The notes under the pieces: model-generated
Told to the model about the DNA's origin: nothing
The model's input: only the letters and a program-made list of their open reading frames with translations
The model's database searches: none
Shown: positions 1 through 12,616 of the stretch, piece after piece
Layout: the number at the start of each line of letters is the position of its first letter
How positions within the stretch are numbered: position 1 is the first letter of the stretch
From: Podarcis cretensis
Lineage: Eukaryota
Assembly: GCA_951804945.1 (NCBI GenBank)
Contig: OX638156.1
Location: 39,556,001 to 39,620,000 of the forward strand
DNA length: 64,000 nucleotides
Reading direction: 5' to 3'
Program-made: the position numbers and the translations under genes

Positions 1-1374
1 AAAACAATATAAAATATGCATTAAAAGTAGTGATAAATACAAAATTCTAAAACTGCAGACGTAATAAAAGTATCAAAATATAGACAAAAAAATCAATCAC
101 TTTAAAAGCAAATGTACATAATAAAATTACATGTCAAGGTAGGCATGACTAAACAAAAAAAAAGGTTTAAGCAGGCATCAAAAACAGTACAATGAAGGCA
201 CTTGCCTAATATCAATGGGTAGGGAGTTCCAGAGGATAAGTCCTGCCACACTAAAGGATTGCCTTTATTATAACATCACAAGGAATATAAAGTTACAATC
301 CTGATCTGAGTGGCTCCTACTAAATATACAACCTACTTTCAAACAAAGGAAGAGTGCCACCAAATTACATTACAGTGAACTTCCAAGCTTTGATGAATGT
401 TAGCTTTCATGCCTGAAGAATAGCAATCCCATTCGCAGATGAATTCCACACACACATCCAAAAGAAAGAGAGATTTTTCACACTCTTGAGTTTTCAGACT
501 TCATCTGGGGCTGCCAGCATGCACTAAATTTCAGACGTTCACTGTAACATACATGTTAATTAGCTGGATTGAAGGACGAGAATGTTAGATTAGATGTTTA
601 TACCCTGCTTTTATATCACAATAAGGCACAAAATGGCTTACAATACAAAACAGAAATGCAATATAAAATACTGAATGCAATATAAAATATAATACACAAT
701 AGACTAAAGATTACATAATAAATACAATAATGTCAAGAACAATTATCTTCCAGCTGCTGGGTTTTTTGTTTTTGCTTTCCCTGGTGCAGCAGAGGCTCCC
801 ACACTTCAACCCAGATCCCCCACAAGACCTCCCCAAATACTTTCTCCCCCACCCAAAGTCAGCATTAGCCCCGCACATCTGAGGGGTCTCCCAGCCCACC
901 CATCTAATGTTCCAGGTGATCACCCTTGGTCAAGAATCTCCATGCAATCTGAGAGAAACTGTATTATAGCAATCTCCCCCAACCTGAACCACAACTCGTA
1001 TCAGTCCCAGCACCATATAATTGTGCAGGGTGGGGCTGATGGGAGTTGTGGTCCAAAACTTCTGGAAGGTACCATATTGCAGGAGGCTGCCTTATAGCAT
1101 TGCAAAGGATGCTGGGATGCCCCCCCCCCAGCCTTGTCCTATGCCATGATAACACAGGGTAAAGGTTTTGCTCATTCATTGTCTCCATTTTCAGATAAAT
1201 CACAAGTGTATTCTGTTACACACATGCATTCCACTTCTGGGCAGTGAGAAGTTTTAGTGGTGCCGTTTCCTTGGAATAGAGCTCACTGGAAACTGATGGT
1301 GCTTCTATAAAAAAAGGTTTTATTTATGCATAAATACATAGTAAGGATCAGATCATGGCATTAACACTCCAGTC

Positions 1375-1600
1375 CAGTGGTACCTCGGGTTAAGTACTTA
1401 ATTCGTTCTGGAGGTCTGTTCTTAACCTGAAACTGTTCTTAACCTGAAGCACCACTTTAGCTAATGGGGCCTCCTGCTGCTGCCGCGCCACCGGAGCACG
1501 ATTTCTGTTCTCATCCTGAAGCAAAGTTCTTAACCCGAGGTACTATTTCTGGGTTAGCAGAGTCTGTAACCTGAAGCGTATGTAACCCAAGGTACCACTG
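1375..1600. mobile_element. Tc1/mariner (pogo/Tigger-like) MITE
   Basis: TIRs CAGTGGTACCTCGGGTTA…TAACCCAAGGTACCACTG; TA on the right, TC on the left; internal TAACCTGAA repeats; second copy in opposite orientation at 24577-24803. Confidence 0.85.
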
Positions 1601-1969
1601 TAGTTACTTCTTTCCCCATTACATTTTAGGAGGCCACCAGCACCGTCAGATACTTCCAGGAATCAACTAAGCCTACTGTATTTCTTTGTTCATCTCAGAA
1701 TTACAGGGTTAGCTTGTCCCCTCCCCCTGGCCAGGCGAGGGACAAAAGGATGAGTCTTCCTCTCTGCACAAACACACATACACCTCTCTCCTCCAATCAC
1801 AAGGGTACAAACTGAAATAATAACCACAAGCTAACACAGGGCATGCCTGGGCACTTAATTGTCAGTGCAGTTCCCACACTCTTACTGCATCTAGATAATT
1901 TACAGTCAAGAGTCACCGGGTTAGAAAAGATCCTCTTCTCATTCAGACCTTTGGGATGTGAGACAAGAA

Positions 1970-2283
1970 CTTCAGTTCACATTTTTAGGCAAACTAGTAC
2001 GCCAACCAAAAGATACCCTTTGAAATTTGCAGTTCCCTGAATATTGCAATGCAGTTCTCCAACCAAGAAATGCATGCCAGAAAACATGTGTTGGGGGAGA
2101 TTAACAAACACAAATGCATATGTTTGTGAAACTAACATACTAAAAATGCAATATGTTAAGGAAACATTGTCTGCAAATATGTGCAGGGGAGCAAAACCCA
2201 AACTGATGCAGAAATGGGTCGAGAATTTCAGAGTAGAAAAACGAAAAACTGAGGAAAATAATAATTGACAAGTTCATCCATCT
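1970..2283. mobile_element. Degenerate copy of a TAGGGATG-ended non-autonomous DNA element (hAT-like)
   Basis: Reverse-complement similarity to 12617-13030; boundaries approximate. Confidence 0.5.
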
Positions 2284-2469
2284 GTGTAATCAGATCCACC
2301 CTCAGACCCACAATACTACAATTAATCCTTTCGCAGGCACCTATGATCAGCAGAAGGGCTCAAGTGTGTCCATTTCCTTCTGGGGAAAGTTTTCACTCCA
2401 CTGCCTTGAAGATGTCCCAAGTGCCCACAGCCTCATCTCAGTTCCCAGGTCAATCTTCTAGGTCCAGAA

Positions 2470-2679
2470 TATTGGAAACACTGTAAAAAAGAGAATAAGG
2501 GAATAGGTTTATTTAAAATAAAAGGCAATGTTAAATTTAGAATTGCGGATAGAAGATTAGAAAACGGAAGATTCGCAAATGAGCTGAAGGAAGTCAAAAT
2601 TACGTATCTGTGATAATATTGAAAATGTATGTTTAAATTTTGTATTGGAAATTGAATAAAAATAATTTAAAAAAAAAAA
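2470..2679 (+). mobile_element. 5'-truncated L1-clade LINE 3' end (ORF2 stop, 3'UTR, poly-A)
   Basis: 15-bp TSD CTTCT(A/G)GGTCCAGAA at 2455-2469 and 2680-2694; AATAAA and A tail; shares CTGTAA, GAAGGAAGTCAAAA and TTGGAAA..AATAAAAAT with the L1 3' end at 54180-54380. Confidence 0.8.
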
Positions 2680-3590
2680 CTTCTGGGTCCAGAAGGCAAT
2701 TACCTCTCTGTATGTATGGTATGTATGTCATTTGGTATTTCGTCTTAGCTGATAGCCAGGGGGGTTGCTGCTGTGCTGTCACGTTCTCCAGGCTTCTGGG
2801 TTAAGAAGCAATCTTGGGAAAGTCAGCTCCCAGGTACCTCCCAGGCCACCCCAATAGTTCCTGCTTTGGAACTTGGTCACAGCATGGGAAGGCAAGTCTC
2901 GTATACATGTGAAGTATTAGAGCATGCTTTTCGACATATAAAGCTTGGGAGCCAGATATCTGGAAGTCCACTTGCTCCCTTATAGACCTGCCCAGTCCCT
3001 GGAGGCACTGGGGGATGCTCTTCTCATGGTGACGCAGTTCTCTCAGGTACAGCATGTGGTGACTCGTGAGAGGGTGTTCTCAATAGTAACAAGCACATCA
3101 ACTTTGGAATGCCCTCTTCCTTCAGGTGTGAGCAGCACCACCATTGATGACAATTAACCACCAAGGATTTGACTAAGATGGTGCCCCTGGCTTGGTTGAT
3201 GCGGTTATATTGCTAGTACACTGTCTGTTTTTACACTGAATTGAATTTACACTTATTTATTTCATTTATTTATTTCATAAAATTTATACAATGCCTGATT
3301 GTAGAAAGAAAACCTCAAAGCAGTATACCAAAAGATAAAATAAGAAAACAAGAAAGATTTACAGCTATACTTTTAAAAACGCAGAAACGTTAATACTAAA
3401 ACAAATTAAAATTACCTCAACTTTCTATGCATCTGGGTAGCCTTGTCTTAACAAGAATGTTTCAGCAGGCACCAGGAAGGGTAAAGTGAAGGTACCTGCT
3501 GGACTTCAACAGGCAAGGAGTTCCAAAGTGAAATACGATTTTCTTGTATTGTTTTCATGGGGTTTTTTTTTGCTCTAGAATGGTGTAAAC

Positions 3591-3726
3591 CAGGCTTCCT
3601 CAACCTCAGCCCTCCAGATGTTTTGAGACTACAATTCCCATCATCCCTGACCACTGGTCCTGCTAGCTAGGGATCATGGGAGTTGTAGGCCAAAGACATC
3701 TGGGGGGCCGAGGTTGAGGAAGCCTG
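3591..3726. mobile_element. Palindromic hAT MITE
   Basis: TIRs CAGGCTTCCTCAACCT/AGGTTGAGGAAGCCTG; perfect 8-bp TSD GTGTAAAC; near-perfect hairpin. Older relatives at ~970-1095, 18680-18775, 21350-21450, 43555-43630, 45685-45790, 53360-53490. Confidence 0.9.
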
Positions 3727-4364
3727 GTGTAAACAGTGAGTAGCATATTATATTTTTTTCTTTTTTAGGGTGAAGGGCGGAGGGAGGACAAGGAGATTCT
3801 TCAACTCCCACAGCTCTGCTGCCATCACCAGAAAATGGCAGCCGCCTCTTTGGGCACCCTGGCTCCAGCAAGTTGAGTTTCCAGAGATATTCAGGCCAAC
3901 TCCTCAAAGAGAGGCTTCCTAATGGCTCCAAGCAGCTCATTTGCAGCACTTATTTATTTTTTTCATTTTCATTGGAAAAGAGCATAAATGAATAAAGAAG
4001 CCTATCTCCCTTCCTCGCTGTCAGGAAGAAGAAAAGCCCATCCTTTCCTACATAGGGAAGTGACACTGTGGATTAGCCCCATAGCCTAAGAAGAAATCCT
4101 CCTTGGCTGACATCACTACTCCACATAAAGCAGGCTGCAATGCCGCTGTCTTTTTGATCAGGGGGAGGGGGGCAATCCCCCCACCAAGGCCTCTCTTCCC
4201 CTGACAGACTGCTTGTCCTTTTTAATGCTACATGAGAGCACCAGCCGGAGTTTTCCTCCCCTCGGAGCTAGTGGCACTGATTAGAGAGGCTGGTGGATGC
4301 CTGGGGGGGACTCACTTCTCTGGCCAAAGCAACTCACTCTGTCAGGCTCCCTTCCCTTTTCACC

Positions 4365-4403
<39 letters not shown>
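4365..4403. repeat. (TTA)n microsatellite, probably a minus-strand LINE tail
   Basis: Direct reading; followed by TTTATATACCGCCCT, resembling a reverse-complemented L2-type 3' end. Confidence 0.9.
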
Positions 4404-4405
<2 letters not shown>

Positions 4406-4744
4406 TGAATTTATATACCGCCCTATACCCGGAGGTCTCCTTTACAGGCTGGGCTCCCCCTCACAGGTCTCCATTGCTTGGCTGACCCTGCAATGCCAGT
4501 TCTCCTAAATAAGCATCCTCTGCAGTCACCCTGCCTCTCAGGTCTTCTCCTTAAACCACTGCCCAGTTTTGTCCCATGCAATCTGGGAGCATCCTCTTTG
4601 ACTGCAAGACTTGGAGTCCAGCAGAGTCTCTATATTAACCTTCCAACAGATCTTGCTTGCCCATTAGATTTCCAGGAGAGGCCCAAAGTGCAGCACAGAG
4701 CAAATGTTTATTTTGACTCACCAGCATCCAGCATCAGCCAAACA

Positions 4745-4805
<61 letters not shown>
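4745..4805. repeat. Compound (CT)n(CA)n microsatellite
   Basis: Direct reading. Confidence 0.95.
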
Positions 4806-4808
<3 letters not shown>

Positions 4809-5739
4809 TCACATACACAGTCCCTCTTGACCTATTGTTCTGTCTCCTGGGATAATGTGGCATCAAGCCAGCTGAGGTGAGAAAAGGCTCACCCATGTGT
4901 CTCTATGGCAACCTCTTTAGGCTTGTGAATCACAGGGCTTAACCGGCCAGCCAAAGACATTAACAAGGAACTGGACTGGCCGATTTCCTCTTATAGATTC
5001 TAGCCCATATACACAGGATCGCAGCTTTGGAAGGAACCCAGGGTATCATGCAGACTGATCCTCCAAGCTCATATTGATACACTTCCTGATGCTAGCAGGA
5101 TGCTCAGATTGTTATGTAAGCGAGCCAGGGTAGTGGTAGAGAGAACCTCGTGTCTTGGCAAATTTCATGTCTGAGTTTGCTTCTTTTCTTCTTCCCTTCC
5201 CATCCCCTTTTCCTTTCATGTCAGGTCTTTTTAGATTGCAAGCCTGAGGGCAAGGACTATGTAATCTTTTATTTATTTGTAAGCTTCTCTAACTGTATGC
5301 TCTGAATGAATGAGTAAATAAACACCAAGTTACTTTGCCCAATCTGCAATTCCTCACCACAGAAAGAGCAATACTATACATTTCACTTCTTAAACTGTCT
5401 AGCTTTCCCCCTTACATGGGACCAAGAAAGCAGCTGCAATTAGATTAAATAAGTTAATCAACTAAAGTGATAGTTGATTAACTGATGAAGCTGATGTTAA
5501 ATGGTGAGGGAATGTTTTAATTAGTGTGTGGGTACAAATTAAAAGTACCCGTTTATTTTCTGAGATTTTAATCCATCTGAATTACTGTAGCAAGAAATAA
5601 AGAAGGAGGAATTATAAACGGCTATTTCCAACTTGTATTTATTAAATTGCAAGTTACCTTTTGCATACATCCATATTTCAAACCAGGCAACTTTATTTAG
5701 GGTTTTCTTCTTGTTTTGTAAGATGCAGAGCCATTTCAA

Positions 5740-5740
<1 letters not shown>

Positions 5741-5785
<45 letters not shown>
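5741..5785. repeat. (GATT)n microsatellite
   Basis: Direct reading. Confidence 0.95.
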
Positions 5786-5989
5786 CAATGACTTGATTGC
5801 ACAGCAGATGATTAATCAGTTAAAGTTATTTCATTCTGCTCACTTTCCACATGGATGTTCTCTTTGCACAACAGAGCCCTGGCCAACAATGCCTAGTTGT
5901 TGTTTTTATCTAGTGTTTCTTGAACACTTGTTCCCGACTGAGGCAGCTATGACCTTAGCTAGTGAAAACCAGCTTCAAATCCTTACACA

Positions 5990-6915
5990 CAAGGACACAA
6001 GAAGAACCTGCTGGATCAGACCAATGGTCAATCTAGTCCAGGGGTCGGCAAACTACGGTCCCCGGACCAGATCAGTCCCACCTGGGTCCTAAATCGGACC
6101 CACACCGCGAAGCCGGAACCCACCGCGATTCCGAGTCTCCCGGCAATGGTGACGGAAGGAAGAGGCCGAGCGACGGCAGCTCTGCCAATCAAACGTAGCA
6201 CCTGGTTTACCTCAGCGACGTTTGATTGGCAGACATGCCCGCACCATGCTGAGGTAAATCAGGCATGGCATTTGATTGGCAGAGCCGCCACCACTTGGCC
6301 TCTTCCTCCCTCTGCCGCCACCGCTGCCGCCACCCTGGTGCTCCTGTGGGCCCGAGAGTGGAGTGGACGAGCTCACTCTGCCTACCCACTTCACAAGAAG
6401 CAGCAGCAGCAGTGGTGGCGGTGGTGGTGGCAGCAGCAGCCCCTGGGAAGGTAAGTGCAGTGCCTTCTTTCTCTAGGCGGGGAGTAAGCCCATTTTGTGC
6501 CACCACCACCAGCGAAAGAGGCAGGCGGCAAACTGAGAAGGCTGCAGGGGCTGGGGGTGGCTATGTGCAGTGTGCATAGGAATTGAGAGAGAGAGAGAGT
6601 GTCCAGCCCTCCACAAGGTCTGAGGGACAGTGGAACGGCCTCCTGTGAAAAAAGTTTGCTGACCCCTGATCTAGTCCAACATCCTGATCTCACAGTGGCC
6701 AACTAGATGCCTGTGGAAAACCCACAAGCAGGACCCAAGCACATGAGCTCTCTCCCTTCCTGCAATTTCCAACAACGGGTGCTCAAAAGCATTAATGTCT
6801 CTGGGCATGGAGGCAGAGGATAGCCATTGTGGCTAATAGGCATTGATAACTTTATCCATGAATTTCTCCAGTCCCTTTTAAGTCATCCATGCTTGTGGCC
6901 ATCACTTCCTCCTGT
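5990..6915 (-). mobile_element. CR1 LINE 3' end, split by the hAT insertion at 6039-6668
   Basis: AAGAAGAACCTGCTGGATCAG…ATCTAGTC|CAACATCCTGATCTCACAGTGGCCAA… is colinear with the uninterrupted copy at 11846-12222. Confidence 0.75.
6039..6668. mobile_element. Non-autonomous hAT (Charlie-like) transposon
   Basis: TIRs CAGGGGTCGGCAAACT/AGTTTGCTGACCCCTG; perfect 8-bp TSD ATCTAGTC (6031-6038, 6669-6676). Confidence 0.9.
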
Positions 6916-7659
6916 TTAAGAGATGGAGTGAGGATTAAATCTGTGGATTAAAATACACCTCCTATCCCATGTGTGTAAGAGAAATATGAAAAGTAAGAGG
7001 GCTGTGAAGCCTTTTTAGCAGGGTAAAACACTTCTATGTTTTGCAGCTTACTAAAGCTTAGGAATAAGGCAATTACACCTCTTTATCCCATTTATTTGTG
7101 CTCTCCTGACCTGCCCCTCTTCACCTCAATTGCAGAGAATGAACCACATGTTTTTGTAAGATAAACAACAACAACAAAGGTTTATCTGCATTTCAATGCA
7201 GGCAGCAAATACAATACAGGTAAGAAAACCTCTCAGGTACAAAATACGAAAGTACTGAATTTGTTGTGTGTATCTGGAGCCCCAAGACACTCACCTGATT
7301 AGCTTGGAAGCATGGTGGAGAGACAATCTCCTCAGCAGCAGGAAGAAGTATAAAAGATTATATGCTTTGTTGCAGAATTCTCCTTTGTTACAGAATTCCT
7401 GCCCAGAGGAGGAAGGGAAAGTGACCACACAGAGGATCTTCTCCAGGAAGCTTAAGAACTCTCCATGTAGTAGCCATGCATAATTTCATAAACTTCTGTC
7501 ATTTCACCTCTTTTGGGGTTTTTCTCTAAACTGGAAGGTCCTTTATGCTGTACCCTTTCTGCACAGGGGAATTGCTCTGCTCCCTTGATCAGCTGACCTT
7601 GGCTGATCTTGCGAAGCTCATAACTTCTTGGCCTGACCTACCGCCCTTGAGGATAAGAT

Positions 7660-7960
7660 TGTAGCTCTGGGATAGAGCATCTCCTATGCATGTAGAAGGT
7701 GCCAGAATTGATCCCTGACATCTTCAGGAGGGACTGGGAAAGCCCCCCTCACCTGCTGCCAGTCAGTGCAGACAATACTGTGTCAGATGGCACCAGGGTC
7801 TGACTCTGTGTTCAGTAGCTTGCTCTGGTTATACTGGGGCAGAGCTTTGCCTTCAGAAAGTCCCAGGTTCCTTCCCTGGCATCTTCAGCTAAGAATGCCT
7901 GGCACCCTGAAGAGAGGCTGCCAGTCAGTGTAAGCAATACTGAACTAGATGGATTGGTTT
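7660..7960 (+). mobile_element. Two head-to-tail tRNA-derived squamate SINE copies (Squam3-like)
   Basis: GTAGCTC…AGAGCATCT…GCATGTAGAAGGT tRNA-like head, and GCTGCCAGTCAGTG(C/T)A..CAATACTG body present twice. Confidence 0.65.
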
Positions 7961-8071
7961 ATGTCACAGGGTGATAGAAGAGGAATGGCACTTTCAGGGA
8001 TTTGCGGGACCTGCTACTTCTTTCCTGTGGATAATTTTTCTTCTTCCTGTCCCCTGAAACTAAAACATGGA

Positions 8072-8120
<49 letters not shown>
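8072..8120. repeat. (TTG)n microsatellite
   Basis: Direct reading. Confidence 0.95.
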
Positions 8121-8122
<2 letters not shown>

Positions 8123-8297
8123 ATAAAAGTGTTTGCTCTTTGCTAAGCTTCAGCTGCAAATTCCAACAAAACCCCTATGCCAAGTAGCTGGACAGAGCCA
8201 GGCTGAGAGATTGGGTAGCCCTTCCTTTGGTATCCTAGCAACTTGCCTCTGCCTGGAGGCAAGAGGTAGTTTTATCCCAGATGTCCACCACCTTCCC

Positions 8298-8342
<45 letters not shown>
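8298..8342. repeat. (AC)n microsatellite
   Basis: Direct reading. Confidence 0.95.
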
Positions 8343-8345
<3 letters not shown>

Positions 8346-9008
8346 GGGGGGAATGGACCAGACTGTGGATCCACCATGAAGAAACGGCATTTTAAAACGT
8401 TTGCCAATTGAGAGAAATCACAGGGAGAAATCTTATTCCCTCCCGAAGTATAACAACTTCTGGCATAGGAGATCGACTCTAAAACGCTGTTTCTAACCTC
8501 ATGCAAGCACATTTGATCTGTATCCATTCATGGCGATGCCTTAAGAAAGAAATGCTGGAAGAAGCAGAGAAAGAAATCCTCTCCACCCGTGCCCTGCTTC
8601 TGGGTTGTAGGTCAACTCTGCTGTGCAGTCAGATGGGATCAGCTCCTCTTGCCGCCGTCTCCACCAGAAGAAGGAGCCCACATGGCCTTGGCCAATAAAA
8701 GGAAATGATTAAGATCACTGAACCCCTGTCAGAATGCTTTGCGCTCTGCAGCACAGAAGCAGAAAGACAAGAGGCAGACCTGCTGCTTCAAAGGGGAAGG
8801 AAAGGAGGCAGGGGCTGGCATTAGGCTAGAGTCATGGGATTGTAGAGTTGGAGGGGACACAAAGGGTATGCTAGCCCAACCTCTGCAATGCAAAAATCAC
8901 AACTAAAGAATCCCCCTGGACAGTTTCCAGCACAGTAAACTGACCATTGCTCCTAGTCAGAGGAGCACTACACAAAAACTGCTCCTTACTTACTCGGAAG
9001 TAAACTCC

Positions 9009-9228
9009 ATAAAGGATTGCCATACGTCTGGAATTTTCCCGACATAGTCAGGTATTGGATGTCAGAAAGTGTTCAGGCAGAAATCACTGAAATATCCGGG
9101 AAAATCCGGACTCTTCTCTCTTTTTTTGAGATTTTGCAGAAAAAGTTCAACAACTTTGGGCAAAACTAAAAAGCTTAGCAACTTTGCACCCCTCCGGATA
9201 TTCACTTTTTGAAATATGGCAACCCTAC
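9009..9228. mobile_element. hAT-like MITE with TAGGGTTGCCA-type ends
   Basis: AAGGATTGCCATA…TATGGCAACCCTA inverted ends; degenerate flanking duplication GTAAA(C/G)TC. Confidence 0.6.
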
Positions 9229-9814
9229 GTAAAGTCCCATGGAGCCTCGCATAAATATGAAGCAAGGCACAACCTCGGAGGAGAGGAAAAATGCAGATTA
9301 TGAGGCAAAACAGTTGCTGATTTATTTTGCAAAATTTCAATCAATCAATCAATCAATCTTTATTATGGTCCAGAGACCCAACAGATCATTACAAAGTAAT
9401 ACACAATTCAGACAGCCTACCTCCAGGTTAAACCAACATTTTGTTCAGATTTAAAGATAGGGATCATTGGTTCTTGCAACCACCGATAAAAACTTCACCA
9501 CTGCTAATGTTCAAGCATTTGTCCGGTCTTCCAATAGGAACCTGACATAGTGAGCCTCTGATTTTCCCTGGAAAGGTACCAGCAAGGGTATTATCAGTTC
9601 AGCCCTGGCTTGCTCGTATTTCGCAAAAATTATAAAACACTTCACAACCCAAGATTACCAAAGTAATGAGATAAAATGCAAAATAAACCAAAAGCATCAG
9701 GCAGGATTCAACTAATGAGTCCTATCAGCAGAATCCTGCACCAGCTTTACACCCTCTGCTGCCCCCACTCCAGTTTATTTACTTATTTATTTATTACCCA
9801 CCCTTCACCCCAAA

Positions 9815-10050
9815 GCACTTCTTTTCATCTGTCCTGAATCTTCAAACATTCAGCTTCATTGGAGGCCCACAAGTTATTGTGGTTATGAAAGAGGGAGAAA
9901 AAAATTTCTCCACCCACTTTTTCCACACGAGGCATCATTTCATAAACTTCTATCACATCACTTCTTAGTCAACTTTTCTCTAAACCAAAAAGTCCCAAAC
10001 ACTGCAACCTTTCCTCAGAGGGGAGTCACACCACAACGTTGATCATTTCT
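9815..10050 (-). mobile_element. CR1 ORF2 3' fragment
   Basis: Reverse complement matches the CR1 ORF2 end seen at 27301 and 39400-39587. Confidence 0.65.
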
Positions 10051-10415
10051 GGCAAGGAGTATGTCACTGCAATCATGCATGTTGTTGCCGGGATTCCAAA
10101 GGATGGTGGAATGTTGGGGATGGATAGATGAGAGGTAACTGATGGTCAGCATCTTCTCTGAATGTTCTGTGGGCCAAATTAGATGGGACATGTGGTTTCC
10201 TCTGGTGCTTGCTGTTCTTTTTCTTTTTCTTTAATTAAAAGCAGCCTTGGATACAAAAGTGGTCACAAGAGGGACGGTTTAACCTTTACAAAGCATCCAT
10301 AATCTTGCTCTGCAATTAGACACCCAGAGGGACACTATTTCAGTAGGTGGGGATGAGATCCTCAACACAGTTTAAAAGTTTCCTCTTCAATATATCAGAG
10401 AGCAAATTCATCAAA

Positions 10416-11227
10416 TCATAGAATTGGAGAGTTGGAAGGGACCCTGAGGATCATCTAATCCAACCTCCTAGAAAACAGGAATATGCAGTAGTCCCATACA
10501 AGGACTGAACCTACAACCTTGACATTATCAGCACCATGCTCTAACTAAGCTTGTTATTGTTTAGTGGTTTAGTCATGTCCGACTCTTCGTGACCCCATGG
10601 ACCAGAGCACGCCAGGCACTCCTGTCTTCCACTGCCTCCCGCAGTTAGGCCAAACTCATGCTGGTAGCTTCAAGAACACTGTCCAACCATCTCATCCTCT
10701 GTCATCCCCTACTCTTTGTGCCCTCCATCTTTCCCAACATCAGGGTCTTTTCCAGGGAGTCTTCTCTTCTCATGAGGTGGCCAAAGTATTGGAGCCTCAG
10801 CTTCACGATCTGTCCTTCCAGTGAGCATTCAGGGCTGATTTCCTTCAGAATGGATAGGTTTGATCTTCTTGCAGTCCATGGGACTCTCAAGAGTCTCCTC
10901 CAGCATCATAATTCAAAAGCATCAATTCTTCGGCGATCAGCCTTCTTTATGGTCCAGCTCTCACTTCCATACATCACTACTGGGAAAACCATAACTTTAG
11001 CTATACGGACCTTTGTTGGCAAGGTGATGTCTCTGCTTTTTAAGACGCTGTCTAGGTTTGTCATTGCTTTTCTCCCAAGAAGCAGGCGTCTTTTAATTTT
11101 GTGACTGTTGTCACCATCTGCAGTGATCATGGAGCCCAAGAAAGTAAAATCTCTCACTGTCTCCATTTCTTCTATTTGCCAGGAGGTGATGGGACCAGTG
11201 GCCATGCTCTAACTAAGCTATCCAGGC
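10416..11227 (-). mobile_element. tRNA-Ile-derived SINE with CR1-type tail, interrupted by Bov-B
   Basis: Segments 10416-10551 and 11202-11227 join into the reverse complement of the SINE at 24976-25128. Confidence 0.75.
10552..11201 (-). mobile_element. RTE Bov-B LINE, 5'-truncated, 3' end of RT ORF plus tail
   Basis: Peptides MATGPITSWQI…FTFLGSMITADGD…IKRRLLLGRKAMTNLDS…ESWTIKKADRRRIDAFEL and RVPWTARRSNLSILKEISPECSLEG are typical Bov-B; (CAA)-like tail; perfect 18-bp TSD CCATGCTCTAACTAAGCT (10534-10551, 11202-11219). Confidence 0.95.
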
Positions 11228-11845
11228 TGATTGCAGGGAAATGGTATCCTTTCAGCAGATGCATTGCAGTTCTACCAATTCTGATGGGCAGCAGCTCTCC
11301 AGGGTTTCAGGCAGGACCTTCCGCATGCAGAACCGACTGCTTGAATCGCTCCTTGACTTGCAGAGAGGCTCCCAGTTCTGAGGGCAGAATGAATTTTTTT
11401 GCCCTGTTCCATCTAAAGGAATCCCACTCCCTAAGAGGAGGATGCAAGCGGCTTCTCTGAGCCCTGACGAGAGGCAGGATATCAAGGCCATGCCTTGCTG
11501 CAGCTTTTATTTTGCAGGCACAAAAGGGGGGATTGAAGTCTGGGTTAAGGGATTCGGTTTGAAAAGCTGCTGCACTCCCTTTATGTGAGGAGTTCATTGT
11601 CTTTATATCTGCAGCGCTCGTCTTCCGCGGATGGCAATTCAATGAACTAGCCCCGGAGCTGCAGATTGGAGCTCAGCATTCAAAAGCCATCTGTGCCGGC
11701 AAGTACCAGAAGCAAGGCCTTCTCTGGGCTGCCGGAGAGTTAAGCCAACTGTTATCCTCTCAGATACTGTCTTACATATGCTGGGTTTCTCATCAGCCTC
11801 ACCGAGTCATTGCCTGTGGAGCTGGACTGGTATATGCACCAGATT

Positions 11846-12222
11846 CATAAGAGCATAAGAAGAGCCTGCTGGATCAGGCCAAGGCCCATCGAGCCCAGCA
11901 TCTTGTTCTCACAGTGGCCAACCAGATGCCTGTGGGAAGCCCAATAGCAGGACTCCAGCAAAACAGCACTCTCCCTTCCTGTGTTTTCCAGCAGCTGATA
12001 TTCAGAAGCAATGCTGCCTCTGACAGGGGAGGCAGGGCATAGGCATTGTGCCTAGCAGCCATTGGTTATATTGTCCTCCATGAAAATGACCAATCCTGTT
12101 TTAAAGCAATCCAAGTTGGTGGCCATCTCTGGCTCCTGTGAGAGTGGGTTCCATAGTTTAATTATGAGCTGGGTGCAGAGGTGTCTTCTTTTGTCTGTCT
12201 AAAATCTTCCAGTGTTTAGTTT
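11846..12222 (-). mobile_element. CR1 LINE 3' end
   Basis: CATAAGAGCATAAGAAGAGCCTGCTGGATCAGGCC octamer-repeat tail followed by 3'UTR and ORF2 end. Confidence 0.8.
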
Positions 12223-12533
12223 CGCTGTGGGTTAAACCACAGAGCCTAGGGCTTGCCGATCAGAAGGTTGGCGGGTCGAATCCCCGCAACGGGGTGAGCT
12301 GCCGTTGCTCGGTCCCTGCTCCTGCCAACCTAGCAGTTCGAAAGCACGTCAAAGTGCAAGTAGAGGTACCAGAGGTACCGCTCTGGCGGGAAAGCAAACG
12401 GCTTTTCCGTGCACTGCTCTGGTTCACCAGAAGCTGGCCACATGACCCGAAAAAACTGTCTGTGGACAAACGCCGGCTCCCTCATCCAATAAAGCGAGCT
12501 GAGCACCGCAACCCCAGAGTCATCCACGATTGG
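12223..12533 (+). mobile_element. Sauria SINE, truncated at both ends
   Basis: Colinear with the full copy at 15152-15502. Confidence 0.9.
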
Positions 12534-12616
12534 AGGGGTTTCAGCTCTTGGAAAAGTTGGCAAGGCAAGAAATGAAGGAAATGGTGCACAATCAAGAACC
12601 TTGTGAAAGGCTGCAG

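Noticed and set aside
10658-11104. 148-aa plus-strand ORF (and 39587-39904)
   Set aside because: Antisense shadow frame of Bov-B.
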